From NCBI GenBank assembly GCA_965140585.1, contig OZ223264.1, positions 864,001 through 928,000 on the forward strand: a stretch of 64,000 nucleotides of DNA. Reading direction: 5' to 3'. The notes below the pieces were generated by a model. The model made no database searches. It worked only from the letters and a program-made list of their open reading frames with translations, and was not told the DNA's origin. Below, piece by piece: positions 1-10,088 of this stretch. A program made the position numbers and the translations under genes. Positions within the stretch are counted from its first letter, which is position 1; each line of letters starts with the position of its first letter. The DNA comes from Spirochaetia bacterium (GTDB taxonomy: Bacteria > Spirochaetota > Spirochaetia > UBA9216).

Positions 1-116
1 GAGCCTTCTCCGACCATACCGAAAGCTGCTTTCTCTTCAATATTTGGAAACTGATTTTTTAAGGCAGGCAGCCCCGCTTCGAGAAAGAATTGCTTGGAGA
101 TTTTTAAACCTGACAT
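1..116 (-). CDS. DUF4037-family protein, 5' end only (runs off window)
   Basis: Manual translation from ATG at 116: MSGLKISKQFFLEAGLPALKNQFPNIEEKAAFGMVGEGS, matching the typical N-terminus (GxVGEGS) of DUF4037 nucleotidyltransferase-like proteins. Confidence 0.65.
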   Translation of the reverse strand, partial: MSGLKISKQFFLEAGLPALKNQFPNIEEKAAFGMVGEG

Positions 117-219
117 CTGTAACAAAATATATTTATTTATTATACACCCGGCAACATTAAAGTGAATATTTTGTGTTGAATATGGTAGTATTTATAGTAT
201 CAAATATGGAGTAAAAACA

Positions 220-1131
220 GTGGTTGAGGTAAAACAGGTATCAAAAAGTTACGGCAGTCTGAAAGCTGTTGATGAGCTTTCATTTTCAATTCAACCGGGG
301 CAGATTTATGGTTTACTTGGTCCCAACGGAGCAGGAAAATCAACAACGATCAGGATGATAATGAATATTATCAGCCCTGATTCGGGTGAGATTCTTTTCG
401 ATGGAACCCCCATCAATGAAGGGGACAAGGATCGTATCGGTTATCTTCCTGAAGAGCGGGGGCTGTATAAAAAGGTTGTTGTTGAGGACCTTCTTCTATA
501 TCTGGCAGAGCTGAAAGGTGCCAGTTTATCTAAGGCCAAAAGCGATATGGTTCCGCTTCTAAAAAGATTCGATCTGCTTGATTGGAAAAATAAGAAGACG
601 GATGAGCTGTCAAAGGGAATGGCTCAGAAAATTCAGTTTATTTCCACCATCCTTCATGACCCGCAGATTATTGTACTTGATGAACCCTTTTCAGGTCTTG
701 ATCCCGTAAGTGCCGATCAGCTAAGTGCTCTTATTGCAGAGCTGAGGGACAGGGGCAAAACTATAATTTTCAGTACCCACGTTATGAGTCATGCCGAACA
801 GATATGCAACCGAATCTGCATTATGAAAAAAGGAAAAGTTAAAACATCGGGTTCACTGTCTGAGGTTAAAAAACAGTTCGGGCGGAATACAGTAAGAATA
901 GATTTTGAAGGCAGTGCAGCCTTTGTGAAAGAGCTGCCCTTTGTCAAGGATATAAACCTCTGGCCAGGCTCATGCGAGGTTGAGCTGATTGAAGATGATA
1001 ATGCCTCGGATAAACTTTTCAGTGCTGTAGCCGGAAAGCTTAAGGTTGCGAGGTTCAAACTTCAGGCCCCAAGCCTGCATAAGATATTTGTTGATCTTGC
1101 AGGAGACGGAGATGAATATGAAAAACAGTAA
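220..1131 (+). CDS. ABC-2 type exporter ATP-binding subunit (YhaQ/NatA-like)
   Basis: Walker A GPNGAGKS, signature LSKGMAQK, Walker B IVLDEP, H-loop STH; GGAG upstream of GTG. Confidence 0.93.
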   Translation: MVEVKQVSKSYGSLKAVDELSFSIQPGQIYGLLGPNGAGKSTTIRMIMNIISPDSGEILFDGTPINEGDKDRIGYLPEERGLYKKVVVEDLLLYLAELKGASLSKAKSDMVPLLKRFDLLDWKNKKTDELSKGMAQKIQFISTILHDPQIIVLDEPFSGLDPVSADQLSALIAELRDRGKTIIFSTHVMSHAEQICNRICIMKKGKVKTSGSLSEVKKQFGRNTVRIDFEGSAAFVKELPFVKDINLWPGSCEVELIEDDNASDKLFSAVAGKLKVARFKLQAPSLHKIFVDLAGDGDEYEKQ

Positions 1132-2350
1132 ATTATTAACAATGATTAAATTCAATTACCGGCGTACCGCAATGAAGAAGAGCTTTATTGTCATTACAAT
1201 TATAGGGCCGGTTCTGATACTTGCAATGACGGTTCTTCCAAGCATTCTGACCGAGAAGAGCCTTGACAGTTTCAGCGGTGCAGAAGTTGAAATCTACGGG
1301 GGAAATCCGGTTGTGGTTGAAGCAATAATGGCCTCAAGTTCCGAGATTCTGACCCTGTCAAAAACAGAGGATCTTGAATCATCCAGGCAGAGAGCAGCAG
1401 AGAACGGGATTGACGGACTGCTTATTCTGCCTGAGGACCCGCTTAATTCAAATGAGCTTGTATTCTATACATCAAATGCCAGTGATATCATGCTTACCGA
1501 GACTGTGCGGAATGTTGTTGGACAGATTGTCACCTCAATGCGGATAAGCGGAGAAGGGCTTGATCCGGTAAAAGTTGCCTCACTTACAGCAAAACCGCGG
1601 CTTGATGTTATTCAGCTTAAAAAGGGCGGAGAGGAAAAAGAAGCTCAGGATTTTACATCTTTTATATACTCCGCAATTGCATTTATCATGCTTCTGTATA
1701 TGACAACCCTTCTTTACAGCCAGATGATCGGCCGTGAAGTAGTAGGAGAGAAAACCAGCAAAACAGTAGAGGTTATGCTTTCTTCAGTTAAACCTGTCAC
1801 ACTGATGCTTGGAAAGATTCTGGGACTCGGTCTTGCGGGGATTTCACAGTATGTGGTTTGGATAGCTGCGTCGCTCCTGCTTATTAAGGTTGTGGGTCCG
1901 GTTTTTAACTTATCTATGCCTTCGGTCTTTTCAGTTGATATGCTTGGCTACCTTGTTCTGTTCTTTCTGCTTGCCTTCTTTCTCTACTCATGTCTCTATG
2001 CCGCAACCGGAGCGCTGGCGGAGGATGAGCAGAGTATGGGCCAGCTGCAGATGCCTATGCTTATTCCGCTTATTCTTCCGATGGTTATGATTTCATACTT
2101 CGTAATGAATCCCGATTCCGGTATTTCACTGTTTTTCTCTCTCTTTCCGCTGACATCTCCAATGGTTATGTTTGTAAGACTGATGGTAGGGCAGCCTCCG
2201 GTCTGGCAGGTTCTGCTGTGTGTAGTGATTCTGATAGTTTCTATTGCAGGTGTTGCAATAGCTTCAGGAAAGATTTTCAGGCAGGCCATACTGATGACCG
2301 GAAAAGCAAAATCGCTGAAAGACGGTTTTAAGATGGTGATTGCAAAGTAG
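1118..2350 (+). CDS. ABC-2 type exporter permease (YhaP/NatB-like)
   Basis: N-terminal TM, periplasmic loop, EKTSKTVEVMLSSVKP..LMLGKILG motif and further TMs. Start moved from 1046 to the ATG at 1118, which follows GGAG and overlaps the ATPase stop. Confidence 0.9.
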   Translation: MKNSKLLTMIKFNYRRTAMKKSFIVITIIGPVLILAMTVLPSILTEKSLDSFSGAEVEIYGGNPVVVEAIMASSSEILTLSKTEDLESSRQRAAENGIDGLLILPEDPLNSNELVFYTSNASDIMLTETVRNVVGQIVTSMRISGEGLDPVKVASLTAKPRLDVIQLKKGGEEKEAQDFTSFIYSAIAFIMLLYMTTLLYSQMIGREVVGEKTSKTVEVMLSSVKPVTLMLGKILGLGLAGISQYVVWIAASLLLIKVVGPVFNLSMPSVFSVDMLGYLVLFFLLAFFLYSCLYAATGALAEDEQSMGQLQMPMLIPLILPMVMISYFVMNPDSGISLFFSLFPLTSPMVMFVRLMVGQPPVWQVLLCVVILIVSIAGVAIASGKIFRQAILMTGKAKSLKDGFKMVIAK

Positions 2351-2372
2351 TTAACTTAAAATCCAAATTAAG

Positions 2373-2400
2373 GGAGGCTGAAATATTCAGCCTCCTTTTT
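2373..2400 (+). terminator. Rho-independent terminator
   Basis: GGAGGCTGA-aatat-TCAGCCTCC stem followed by TTTTT, just after the permease stop. Confidence 0.85.
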
Positions 2401-2530
2401 ATTTAATTAAAGTAATTTATCAGTGTATTAAAAAATAGATTTGCAACTGCTGAGAGTTGTCATACAATATCTATATTTTTTGCTGTACGCCTGCCTGGAC
2501 ATGCTATTTTGATTTTAACCGCTAATATAT

Positions 2531-2678
2531 GAAAAACATATTTCGAAAATGAGTCAATAATGGTGAAATAAGATGGGTTTTAGTCTAAATAATGATAAAA
2601 AAACCTTAAAAAATGAAATGGCTATTGCGAAATTAGAAAACTCGTGTTTTAATATTAATAAATAGGAATGGCCATTTC
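2531..2678 (+). promoter_or_regulatory. Sigma70-type promoter with flanking palindromic operator-like boxes (GAAA-N6-TTTC type)
   Basis: TTGCGA (2625-2630), 17 bp, TTTAAT (2648-2653) with upstream TG. Boxes GAAAAACATATTTC 2531-2544, GAAATGGCTATTGC 2615-2628, GGAATGGCCATTTC 2665-2678. Confidence 0.55.
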
Positions 2679-3614
2679 GAAATACTAAGGAGTGAATATC
2701 GTGACAAAGAAAAAGCCAGAAGGCATTTTTATCCCAATGGTGACTCCATTCAATGCATCTGATGAATCAATAGATTTTTCAGGTCTGAAGGAAGTGACTG
2801 AGTTTCTTGTAAAAAACGGAGTCGACGGGGTAATCCCCTCCGGAAGTACCGGCGAGTTTGTCGCAATGACAAAAGAAGAGCAGATGAAGGTCAATGCAGC
2901 GGTATGTGAATATGCAGCCGGAAGGATGAAGGTGTTCTGTTCAACAGGCGCTTACCGGACTGCTGATACAATTGAAATGTCACAGAGTGCAGAAGCTGCC
3001 GGAGCGGATGGAGTAATGATAGTAACACCATGGTACATGGCGCCTAACGAGGAAGAGCTTTATGACCACTACAAAGCGATCAGGAAATCGATATCGATAC
3101 CGGTAATGGTCTATCATAATCCGTACTATTCAACCTGTCTGATGACAGACGAGTTTATGGCCCGACTTTATAACGACGGATTGATTGATGCAGTGAAGGA
3201 AAGACAGGCTGATGTCTACAGACAGCAGGATCTGAGAGCCTTGACCGATGACGGCTTCGGCATATTTTACGGATATGACATCTGTCCGGTAGAGAGTGTT
3301 TCGATGTGGGCCGACGGCTGGGTATGCGGAACAGGAAACCTGTTTCCGAAAGAAAACAAGACTGTCTATGATCTTGCAAAGTCAAGGCAGATAGAAGAAG
3401 CCCAGAAATATCATTTTGAGAAAATTAGGCCGTATCTTCCCCTGTTTACTGAAAGTACATCAAAGGGACTGCCTTGTCCGTGGTTATCAGTGATAAAGGA
3501 AGGCCTTAAGCTTAGGGGCGTTAATGCGGGAGTTGCAAGGAAACCTGTAATGGAGCTTCCGGATGACGTGATGGTTAAACTGAAAAAAGTTTTAAAGGAA
3601 TACGGGCATCTTTA
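2659..3614 (+). repeat. 956-bp direct repeat, copy 1 (RBS plus whole aldolase gene)
   Basis: Matches 9078-10033 (offset 6419) with no mismatch found by eye. The two ORF translations are identical; the match ends inside the stop codon (TAG vs TAA). Confidence 0.93.
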
Positions 3615-3615
3615 G
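2692..3615 (+). CDS. DHDPS/N-acetylneuraminate lyase family class I aldolase, copy 1
   Basis: TPF, GSTGEF, YHNP and Schiff-base Lys in AVKE; AAGGAG RBS. Confidence 0.9.
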   Translation: MNIVTKKKPEGIFIPMVTPFNASDESIDFSGLKEVTEFLVKNGVDGVIPSGSTGEFVAMTKEEQMKVNAAVCEYAAGRMKVFCSTGAYRTADTIEMSQSAEAAGADGVMIVTPWYMAPNEEELYDHYKAIRKSISIPVMVYHNPYYSTCLMTDEFMARLYNDGLIDAVKERQADVYRQQDLRALTDDGFGIFYGYDICPVESVSMWADGWVCGTGNLFPKENKTVYDLAKSRQIEEAQKYHFEKIRPYLPLFTESTSKGLPCPWLSVIKEGLKLRGVNAGVARKPVMELPDDVMVKLKKVLKEYGHL

Positions 3616-3638
3616 AAGCAAATTAATATAAGGGGTGT

Positions 3639-4985
3639 ATGATGAAACTGAAAAAGGTAGATGTTTTGGTCGCAGGTGGAGGTACTGCTGGTGCTATCGC
3701 CGGTATAGCCGCTGCCAGAAATGGGGCGAATACCTTGATTGTAGACAGGCAAAGATGTCTGGGTGGACAGTTTACTGCAGGAATGCAGGGCGCCTGGGTA
3801 GGATTTAGTGATAAAGAAAAGCTGATTGTCAAAGGAATTGCGTGGGAAATAAGAAATATTCTCAAGGACAAAAACGCAATAGTTGAAGATGATCCTGACA
3901 CCGATGTCTGTTTTCTGTATGACACAGAGGTTGCTAAAGTAGTTCTGGATGAGATGGCTTACAGAGAACCGAATCTAAGCACTTATCTTAATGCTTCTAT
4001 TCTGGATGTTGTTATGGATGGTGATCGAGTAGCCGGCCTGATTGTTCTTTCAGAAATGGAACAGATGGAAATCCGGGCAGATGTTGTAATTGACTGCACT
4101 GGAGATGCTGCGGTTTCTGCGGAGGCTGATGTTCCATTTGAAATAAGACCTAAAAAAGATATACAGCCTATGACACTTATTGGGAAAATGGGCGGTGTGG
4201 ATATGGATCGTGTTAAGCAGTATTACCGTGAAAACCCTCCTGTTCACGATGCTTCTGAACCGCCGGCCTGGCATGATTTCAAGACTTTTCCCGGATTCAT
4301 GCATTTCGGACTGAAGGATGAACTTGAAAATGTAGAACTTCCGCCTGAACTTGAATACCTGCGTAACTGGCTTGCCATTTTTACATCTACACCAAATCCT
4401 GATGAGGTAACGATTAACTGTTCCGGAGCTATCGAGGCACATAGTACTGCCGGATTTGAAGACCGGGCAGCCCAGGAATATATTTCACAGAAATGCCTGT
4501 ATGATGTAGCTGAAGCCCTTAGGTTATATGTTCCCGGTTTTGAAAAATCATACATCTCTTCAATCGCGGGATTACTGGGAATCCGGGAAAGCCGGCGAAT
4601 TATAGGTGATTACAAGGTAACCCTAGATGATTTTCTTGCAGCAAAAGAATTCCCTGACAGTATAGGAAGAGGTGCGATGCCGGCTGGAGCGCATACTGCC
4701 GATGGTGTGACAATGAATGTATATGATTTGGCACCGGGGAGTTCGATGACTATTCCCTACAGCTGTATGATCCCAAAAGGAAAAGATGGACTTCTTGTTG
4801 CAGGACGCTGTGTTTCATATGAGGCACCAGTCGCTAACTGCATAAGGTGTATGCCTCAGTGCATGGTTATGGGAGAAGCCGCAGGGACCGCGGCTGCCAT
4901 TGCAGTTAAAAACGGCACCACACCAAGAAATGTTGATATAAAACTGCTGCAGGAAACATTGATAAAGCAGCAGGTGATTATTTGA
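3639..4985 (+). CDS. FAD-dependent oxidoreductase (FAD_oxidored family)
   Basis: GGGTAG dinucleotide motif, IDCTGD, GIRESRRIIG, IPYSCMIPK..LLVAGRC, R.MPQCMVMGEAAG. Confidence 0.88.
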   Translation: MMKLKKVDVLVAGGGTAGAIAGIAAARNGANTLIVDRQRCLGGQFTAGMQGAWVGFSDKEKLIVKGIAWEIRNILKDKNAIVEDDPDTDVCFLYDTEVAKVVLDEMAYREPNLSTYLNASILDVVMDGDRVAGLIVLSEMEQMEIRADVVIDCTGDAAVSAEADVPFEIRPKKDIQPMTLIGKMGGVDMDRVKQYYRENPPVHDASEPPAWHDFKTFPGFMHFGLKDELENVELPPELEYLRNWLAIFTSTPNPDEVTINCSGAIEAHSTAGFEDRAAQEYISQKCLYDVAEALRLYVPGFEKSYISSIAGLLGIRESRRIIGDYKVTLDDFLAAKEFPDSIGRGAMPAGAHTADGVTMNVYDLAPGSSMTIPYSCMIPKGKDGLLVAGRCVSYEAPVANCIRCMPQCMVMGEAAGTAAAIAVKNGTTPRNVDIKLLQETLIKQQVII

Positions 4986-5017
4986 TTGAGGTGTGAATTA
5001 GATTAGGAGGAACTATC

Positions 5018-6355
5018 ATGAAGAATAAAGTGGTTTTTATACTGATTATAGCATTGGTATTAACAACAGTATCGGTATTTGCTGGCGGAAAGCAGGAAAT
5101 TGAGGAAACTGAAAAACTAATAATATGGACAAACCTCACTGCTGAAGCTCAAACTGTAGTTTTAACAAAACAATTTAATGAAATCGCAGAAGAGATGGGT
5201 ATAGATATTGAAATGGTTACAGTCTCTTTCGGTGATATGTATACAAAGCTTGCAACTGCAATGCAGTCCGGTGATGTTCCTGATATCATGCATACCAATG
5301 AAGGCGGCGTTGCATATCTTTATGCCAATGATATGCTGACGCCAATGAATGATGTAATTAAAAATATAGGTAAGGATGATTTTGTTAAATCCTACCTGGA
5401 TATACTTACAGTTGATGGTACCATTTGGGGAGTTCCTGACTGGGCATTACATACCTCTGTCTGGTATAGAAAAGATCTGTTTAAAGAGTATGGTTTAAGC
5501 ATTCCACGTAATTGGGATGAATTGATGAAGACTGCAAAGTCATTGAATATTGATAGTGATTCAGATGGTAATATTGATACCTATGGTTTTGCCGTATCAA
5601 TGTCGGCGGTAAATGTTGCTGCGCAGGTTTATTATGAATTTCTGTATTCAGCAGGTGTTTATACATTTGACCCTGTAACCGGTGAATATATTTTTGGAAA
5701 TAATAAAAAGAAAGCTACAGAGGTTCTTCAGTATATGATCGACCTCTATCATGCTGCTTCACCACCTTCGAGTATTGAATGGGCATGGAGTGAATTCAGA
5801 AATGCGCTTGTAGAGGGTAATGTTGCAATGACTCAGGATATGGGTGCGGTAATTCTCATGGCGCAGAATAATAATCCTGAATTGGTAGGTAATTTAGGAT
5901 GTTTTGATTTACCAGGTATTAATGGTGATAAAAAAGCATCCTTTGGAGGTTCATATAATTTTGTTGCCGGAAACCAGGGCGGCGAGGATAAAGCTGAACT
6001 TTCTCAAAAATTTATTGAAAAACTCTATACACCTGAACGTGCTGCGGAAAGGGCCCTTTCCCGACCAATGTTTGCATTTCCTTCAATGTATTCTGCTTTC
6101 GATCTGTATAAAAAAGCTGATTCTGTTTCATTGTATCAGGATGAAGTTGATGTAATTTATGATGCATTCCAGAATTCCACATGGTACAGGTACGGCATGG
6201 AAGCCGGGTTGAATCAGATGGCATCCCAGATTGAGTCTACTACATTTTTTGGAGAAGCTATTCAAAGTGCAGCTCTTGGACAATGGACTGCTGAAAAAGC
6301 GGTTGATTATATTGATCAGATGCTTCAGGAGCAGCTTGCAGTTATTGGTTATTAA
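5018..6355 (+). CDS. Carbohydrate ABC transporter substrate-binding protein
   Basis: Signal peptide ending FAGG, GDVPDI, WYRKDLF..GL.IPRNWDEL motifs; upstream of two CUT1 permeases. Confidence 0.9.
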   Translation: MKNKVVFILIIALVLTTVSVFAGGKQEIEETEKLIIWTNLTAEAQTVVLTKQFNEIAEEMGIDIEMVTVSFGDMYTKLATAMQSGDVPDIMHTNEGGVAYLYANDMLTPMNDVIKNIGKDDFVKSYLDILTVDGTIWGVPDWALHTSVWYRKDLFKEYGLSIPRNWDELMKTAKSLNIDSDSDGNIDTYGFAVSMSAVNVAAQVYYEFLYSAGVYTFDPVTGEYIFGNNKKKATEVLQYMIDLYHAASPPSSIEWAWSEFRNALVEGNVAMTQDMGAVILMAQNNNPELVGNLGCFDLPGINGDKKASFGGSYNFVAGNQGGEDKAELSQKFIEKLYTPERAAERALSRPMFAFPSMYSAFDLYKKADSVSLYQDEVDVIYDAFQNSTWYRYGMEAGLNQMASQIESTTFFGEAIQSAALGQWTAEKAVDYIDQMLQEQLAVIGY

Positions 6356-6406
6356 GTCCGTACCGGGCTGATTTAACCATCAGCTGAAGTGATTCTGTAT
6401 ATGCAT

Positions 6407-6460
6407 GGCGGCATTATCGGGTTCATTTGCACATGTTGGATGAATCCGGATAATGCTGTT
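6407..6460 (+). other. Intergenic stem-loop after the SBP gene (probable mRNA-stabilising hairpin)
   Basis: GCATTATC-GGGTTCAT ... ATGAATCC-G-GATAATGC imperfect inverted repeat with no strong U tract. Confidence 0.5.
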
Positions 6461-6492
6461 GTAGTCATAACAGGTTTTGAAGGGAGAGCGAT

Positions 6493-7431
6493 ATGGCAAC
6501 AGGTGAGATGTCTTATTTAATAAAGTCATCAAAACAGAAAATTTCAATTAGAATGAATTTCTATAAAAGAAGACAGTTACTTGGGATTTTATTTATTCTG
6601 CCCACAATCTTATTTTTGGCTGTATTTATTTTATATCCGGTGCTGAGTAATTTAGCCCTCAGTTTTACCGATGCATACCTGATTAAAAAAAACTATAATT
6701 TTATTGGATTAAAAAATTACATAAGTCTTATTACAAACCCCATGTTCCTGAAATATTCATGGAATACATTGTTATGGACTTTCTTCTCGGTTGTCGGTCA
6801 ACTGGTACTTGGTCTTGGACTTGCTCTTCTGATTAATCAGAAGCTAAGCGGCGGTCCATTTATAAGAGGATTTCTTTTAATTCCTTATGTAGTTCCGGCT
6901 GTAGCTCTTGCCCTGATAACAAAATGGATTTTCAATGGAGATTACGGAATTGCGAGTAAATGGCTGCAGAGTCTGGGGGTTATTGACTATAAACAGTCTC
7001 CGCTTGCTCTTCCTGGCGGAGCAATGGCTGTAATTGTGATTGTGAATATTTGGCGGTCATATCCTTTTCCAATGCTTATATACTGGGCTGCTTTAAAAGG
7101 GATAGATAAAGAGCTTTATGAAGCCGCAGATGTAGACGGCGCAAACAGATTTCAATCATTCTGGTATATTACGCTCCCTCAACTTAAGAATACGACAATA
7201 GTGCTTGCTATTCTCCGTATAGTCTGGACGGCAACGTATTTTGATTTAATATGGATGGTTACGGGCGGAGGTCCTGCAGGAACAACAACCCATCTTCCGA
7301 TTATGATTTATCAATCCTCATTCGGAACTTTCAGGATCGGCTATGCCTCTGCTATATCCATGATGCTCGGCATTGTGCTGTTTGTCTGTATCATCTACTA
7401 CGTAAGAAAATCCGGAGATTTTGCGGATTGA
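6493..7431 (+). CDS. Carbohydrate ABC transporter permease
   Basis: FIGLKNY, EAA motif ELYEAADVDGA..FWYITLP, TGGGP. Confidence 0.92.
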   Translation: MATGEMSYLIKSSKQKISIRMNFYKRRQLLGILFILPTILFLAVFILYPVLSNLALSFTDAYLIKKNYNFIGLKNYISLITNPMFLKYSWNTLLWTFFSVVGQLVLGLGLALLINQKLSGGPFIRGFLLIPYVVPAVALALITKWIFNGDYGIASKWLQSLGVIDYKQSPLALPGGAMAVIVIVNIWRSYPFPMLIYWAALKGIDKELYEAADVDGANRFQSFWYITLPQLKNTTIVLAILRIVWTATYFDLIWMVTGGGPAGTTTHLPIMIYQSSFGTFRIGYASAISMMLGIVLFVCIIYYVRKSGDFAD

Positions 7432-7441
7432 GGAAAATAAA

Positions 7442-8293
7442 ATGAATTCTACAATTAAATTAGAGAATCAGAATCTGCTGCGCAAGTGTATCCTGGGTGC
7501 TGTATCGGCATTCTTTATATGTGTGGTAGGATTCCCCTTATTATGGATGGTTTTAAGTTCATTAAAGCCGGCCACAGAGCTGTTTAAATCTCCTCCTACA
7601 ATCTTTCCGGAAACGATCACTTTTGAATGGTACCGAAGTGCATTCAGTGATAAAACCGTAGTGAGATATTTTGTAAACAGTTTTATTGTTGCAACCGGTA
7701 CAACAGCAATAGTGATTATAATGGCAACATTCGGAGCTTATGGATTAACCAGGTTTCGATTTTTCGGCAGAAAGGCAATAACTGTAGCTGTGCTTTCCGC
7801 TTATTGTATTCCTCCTATAATGCTGATGATTCCATTATACCGGATTATTGCAAAGATGCATCTGAATGCATCACTGTTTGGTGTTATTATTGGTCACTCA
7901 ACTGTTACATTTCCATTTGCTGTCTGGCTTCTTATTTCCTTTTTCAGGAGTATTCCGCGGGACATAGAAGAAGCTGCACTTGTGAATGGTGCTTCGGATT
8001 TGACCATTTTTTTTAGAATAATTTTACCTCTATGTGTGCCTGGTATTCTTAGTACCGGGATTCTTGTGTTTATACTCTCATGGAATGAATACCTGCTTGC
8101 AAGCGTATTGATTTCCCAGGATTCCATGAAGACTCTGACTGTAGGAATTGCCAACTATATCAGTTCAACAGAAATAAACTGGGGTGTGATAATGGCTCTA
8201 GGTACTGCAACTACGGTTCCCATTGTTTTAATGTTTACAGCCATTCAGAAATATTTTGTTGAAGGCCTTACTGCAGGGGCTGTAAAAGGGTAA
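7442..8293 (+). CDS. Carbohydrate ABC transporter permease
   Basis: IPRDIEEAALVNGA, WNEY, C-terminal QKYFVEGLTAGAVKG; ATG at 7442 follows GAGGA. Confidence 0.92.
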   Translation: MNSTIKLENQNLLRKCILGAVSAFFICVVGFPLLWMVLSSLKPATELFKSPPTIFPETITFEWYRSAFSDKTVVRYFVNSFIVATGTTAIVIIMATFGAYGLTRFRFFGRKAITVAVLSAYCIPPIMLMIPLYRIIAKMHLNASLFGVIIGHSTVTFPFAVWLLISFFRSIPRDIEEAALVNGASDLTIFFRIILPLCVPGILSTGILVFILSWNEYLLASVLISQDSMKTLTVGIANYISSTEINWGVIMALGTATTVPIVLMFTAIQKYFVEGLTAGAVKG

Positions 8294-8305
8294 GCGGGTA
8301 GAGTA

Positions 8306-8956
8306 ATGAATATTTATTCGATTGAAAGTGATGAATTTGCCGTTTATGGTGAAATCCTTGAAGGCATAGACACAAGTGAGTTGTGTTTGGTGATGAAGGA
8401 AATAAAAATGCCTGATAGGGGAGTATTATATCGCCCCGAGGTGAATGAGCTTGAATCCTGCGCAGTTTTCAATGATTTTCGTGATCTTTTTTTTGGGGGG
8501 CTTGAAATCCAAATTGGTATGTGCTGGGGCTATAATTCAGTATTGAATTGTCTGGAATATCATCGCAGCAGTGAGATCATTGTAGGTTCCGATGATTTTA
8601 TTCTCCTGCTTGCAAGACGTGATGAGCTGGCAGCTAATTCACTGAATACCTCCAAAGTAAAAGGATTCCTGGTTCCTTCAGGTTCTGCTGTTGAGCTGTA
8701 CTCTTCTACCCTCCATTATGCGCCCTGTCATTCTGTTGCTATGCAAGGATTCAGGACTGCTGTTATCCTTCCAAAAGGAACGAATACTGTGCAGCCGTCT
8801 TTCAGCCCTGATAGTATCGGTCAATTCCATCCGTCTGCCATAAATAAGTGGGTGCTGGCACATCCGGAATCTCCGGAGGCTTCTGGTGGTGCAATAATTG
8901 GTCTTTTAGGAAAAAATATTGATATTGGATGCAATAGTCTTGTATATGTGGAATAG
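8306..8956 (+). CDS. DUF4867-family cupin-like protein (ureidoglycolate lyase-like fold)
   Basis: QIGMCWGYNSVLNCLEYHRSSE, ELYSSTLHYAPC, LPKGTN, NKWVLAHPE motifs typical of this family. Confidence 0.75.
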   Translation: MNIYSIESDEFAVYGEILEGIDTSELCLVMKEIKMPDRGVLYRPEVNELESCAVFNDFRDLFFGGLEIQIGMCWGYNSVLNCLEYHRSSEIIVGSDDFILLLARRDELAANSLNTSKVKGFLVPSGSAVELYSSTLHYAPCHSVAMQGFRTAVILPKGTNTVQPSFSPDSIGQFHPSAINKWVLAHPESPEASGGAIIGLLGKNIDIGCNSLVYVE

Positions 8957-9034
8957 GCATTCCGTATAATGAAGGTGAAATTGCATTTTTATGTTTCTTT
9001 TTTCAAAAATGTAATAAATATACTCTCAAAAAAC

Positions 9035-9097
9035 GAAATGGGCATTGTAAAAAGTAAAGAGTTGTGTTTAAATTATCTAAATAGGAATGGCCATTTC
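9035..9097 (+). promoter_or_regulatory. Diverged homologue of the 2615-2678 promoter/operator
   Basis: GAAATGGGCATTGT 9035-9048, TTGTAA 9045-9050, TG-n-TTAAAT 9065-9073, GGAATGGCCATTTC 9084-9097. Confidence 0.5.
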
Positions 9098-10033
9098 GAA
9101 ATACTAAGGAGTGAATATCGTGACAAAGAAAAAGCCAGAAGGCATTTTTATCCCAATGGTGACTCCATTCAATGCATCTGATGAATCAATAGATTTTTCA
9201 GGTCTGAAGGAAGTGACTGAGTTTCTTGTAAAAAACGGAGTCGACGGGGTAATCCCCTCCGGAAGTACCGGCGAGTTTGTCGCAATGACAAAAGAAGAGC
9301 AGATGAAGGTCAATGCAGCGGTATGTGAATATGCAGCCGGAAGGATGAAGGTGTTCTGTTCAACAGGCGCTTACCGGACTGCTGATACAATTGAAATGTC
9401 ACAGAGTGCAGAAGCTGCCGGAGCGGATGGAGTAATGATAGTAACACCATGGTACATGGCGCCTAACGAGGAAGAGCTTTATGACCACTACAAAGCGATC
9501 AGGAAATCGATATCGATACCGGTAATGGTCTATCATAATCCGTACTATTCAACCTGTCTGATGACAGACGAGTTTATGGCCCGACTTTATAACGACGGAT
9601 TGATTGATGCAGTGAAGGAAAGACAGGCTGATGTCTACAGACAGCAGGATCTGAGAGCCTTGACCGATGACGGCTTCGGCATATTTTACGGATATGACAT
9701 CTGTCCGGTAGAGAGTGTTTCGATGTGGGCCGACGGCTGGGTATGCGGAACAGGAAACCTGTTTCCGAAAGAAAACAAGACTGTCTATGATCTTGCAAAG
9801 TCAAGGCAGATAGAAGAAGCCCAGAAATATCATTTTGAGAAAATTAGGCCGTATCTTCCCCTGTTTACTGAAAGTACATCAAAGGGACTGCCTTGTCCGT
9901 GGTTATCAGTGATAAAGGAAGGCCTTAAGCTTAGGGGCGTTAATGCGGGAGTTGCAAGGAAACCTGTAATGGAGCTTCCGGATGACGTGATGGTTAAACT
10001 GAAAAAAGTTTTAAAGGAATACGGGCATCTTTA
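9078..10033 (+). repeat. 956-bp direct repeat, copy 2
   Basis: Matches 2659-3614. Confidence 0.93.
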
Positions 10034-10034
10034 A
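9111..10034 (+). CDS. DHDPS/NAL family class I aldolase, copy 2 (identical protein)
   Basis: 307 aa identical to 2692-3615. Confidence 0.9.
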   Translation: MNIVTKKKPEGIFIPMVTPFNASDESIDFSGLKEVTEFLVKNGVDGVIPSGSTGEFVAMTKEEQMKVNAAVCEYAAGRMKVFCSTGAYRTADTIEMSQSAEAAGADGVMIVTPWYMAPNEEELYDHYKAIRKSISIPVMVYHNPYYSTCLMTDEFMARLYNDGLIDAVKERQADVYRQQDLRALTDDGFGIFYGYDICPVESVSMWADGWVCGTGNLFPKENKTVYDLAKSRQIEEAQKYHFEKIRPYLPLFTESTSKGLPCPWLSVIKEGLKLRGVNAGVARKPVMELPDDVMVKLKKVLKEYGHL

Positions 10035-10047
10035 TGTTTTAAATACG

Positions 10048-10088
10048 GAGTGGGAAAGGTTCGGACAGACTGAACCTCTCACTTTTTC
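10048..10088 (+). terminator. Probable Rho-independent terminator
   Basis: AGTGGGA.AGGTTCGG / CTGAACCT.CTCACT imperfect stem followed by TTTTT. Confidence 0.6.

Noticed and set aside
2692-3615. Calling the duplicated gene dapA (lysine biosynthesis)
   Set aside because: The context is catabolic, with no dapB or asd, and only family-level motifs are recognisable.
8487-8500. T8G6 run as a phase-variation tract
   Set aside because: It encodes the family-typical FFGG and each run is short.
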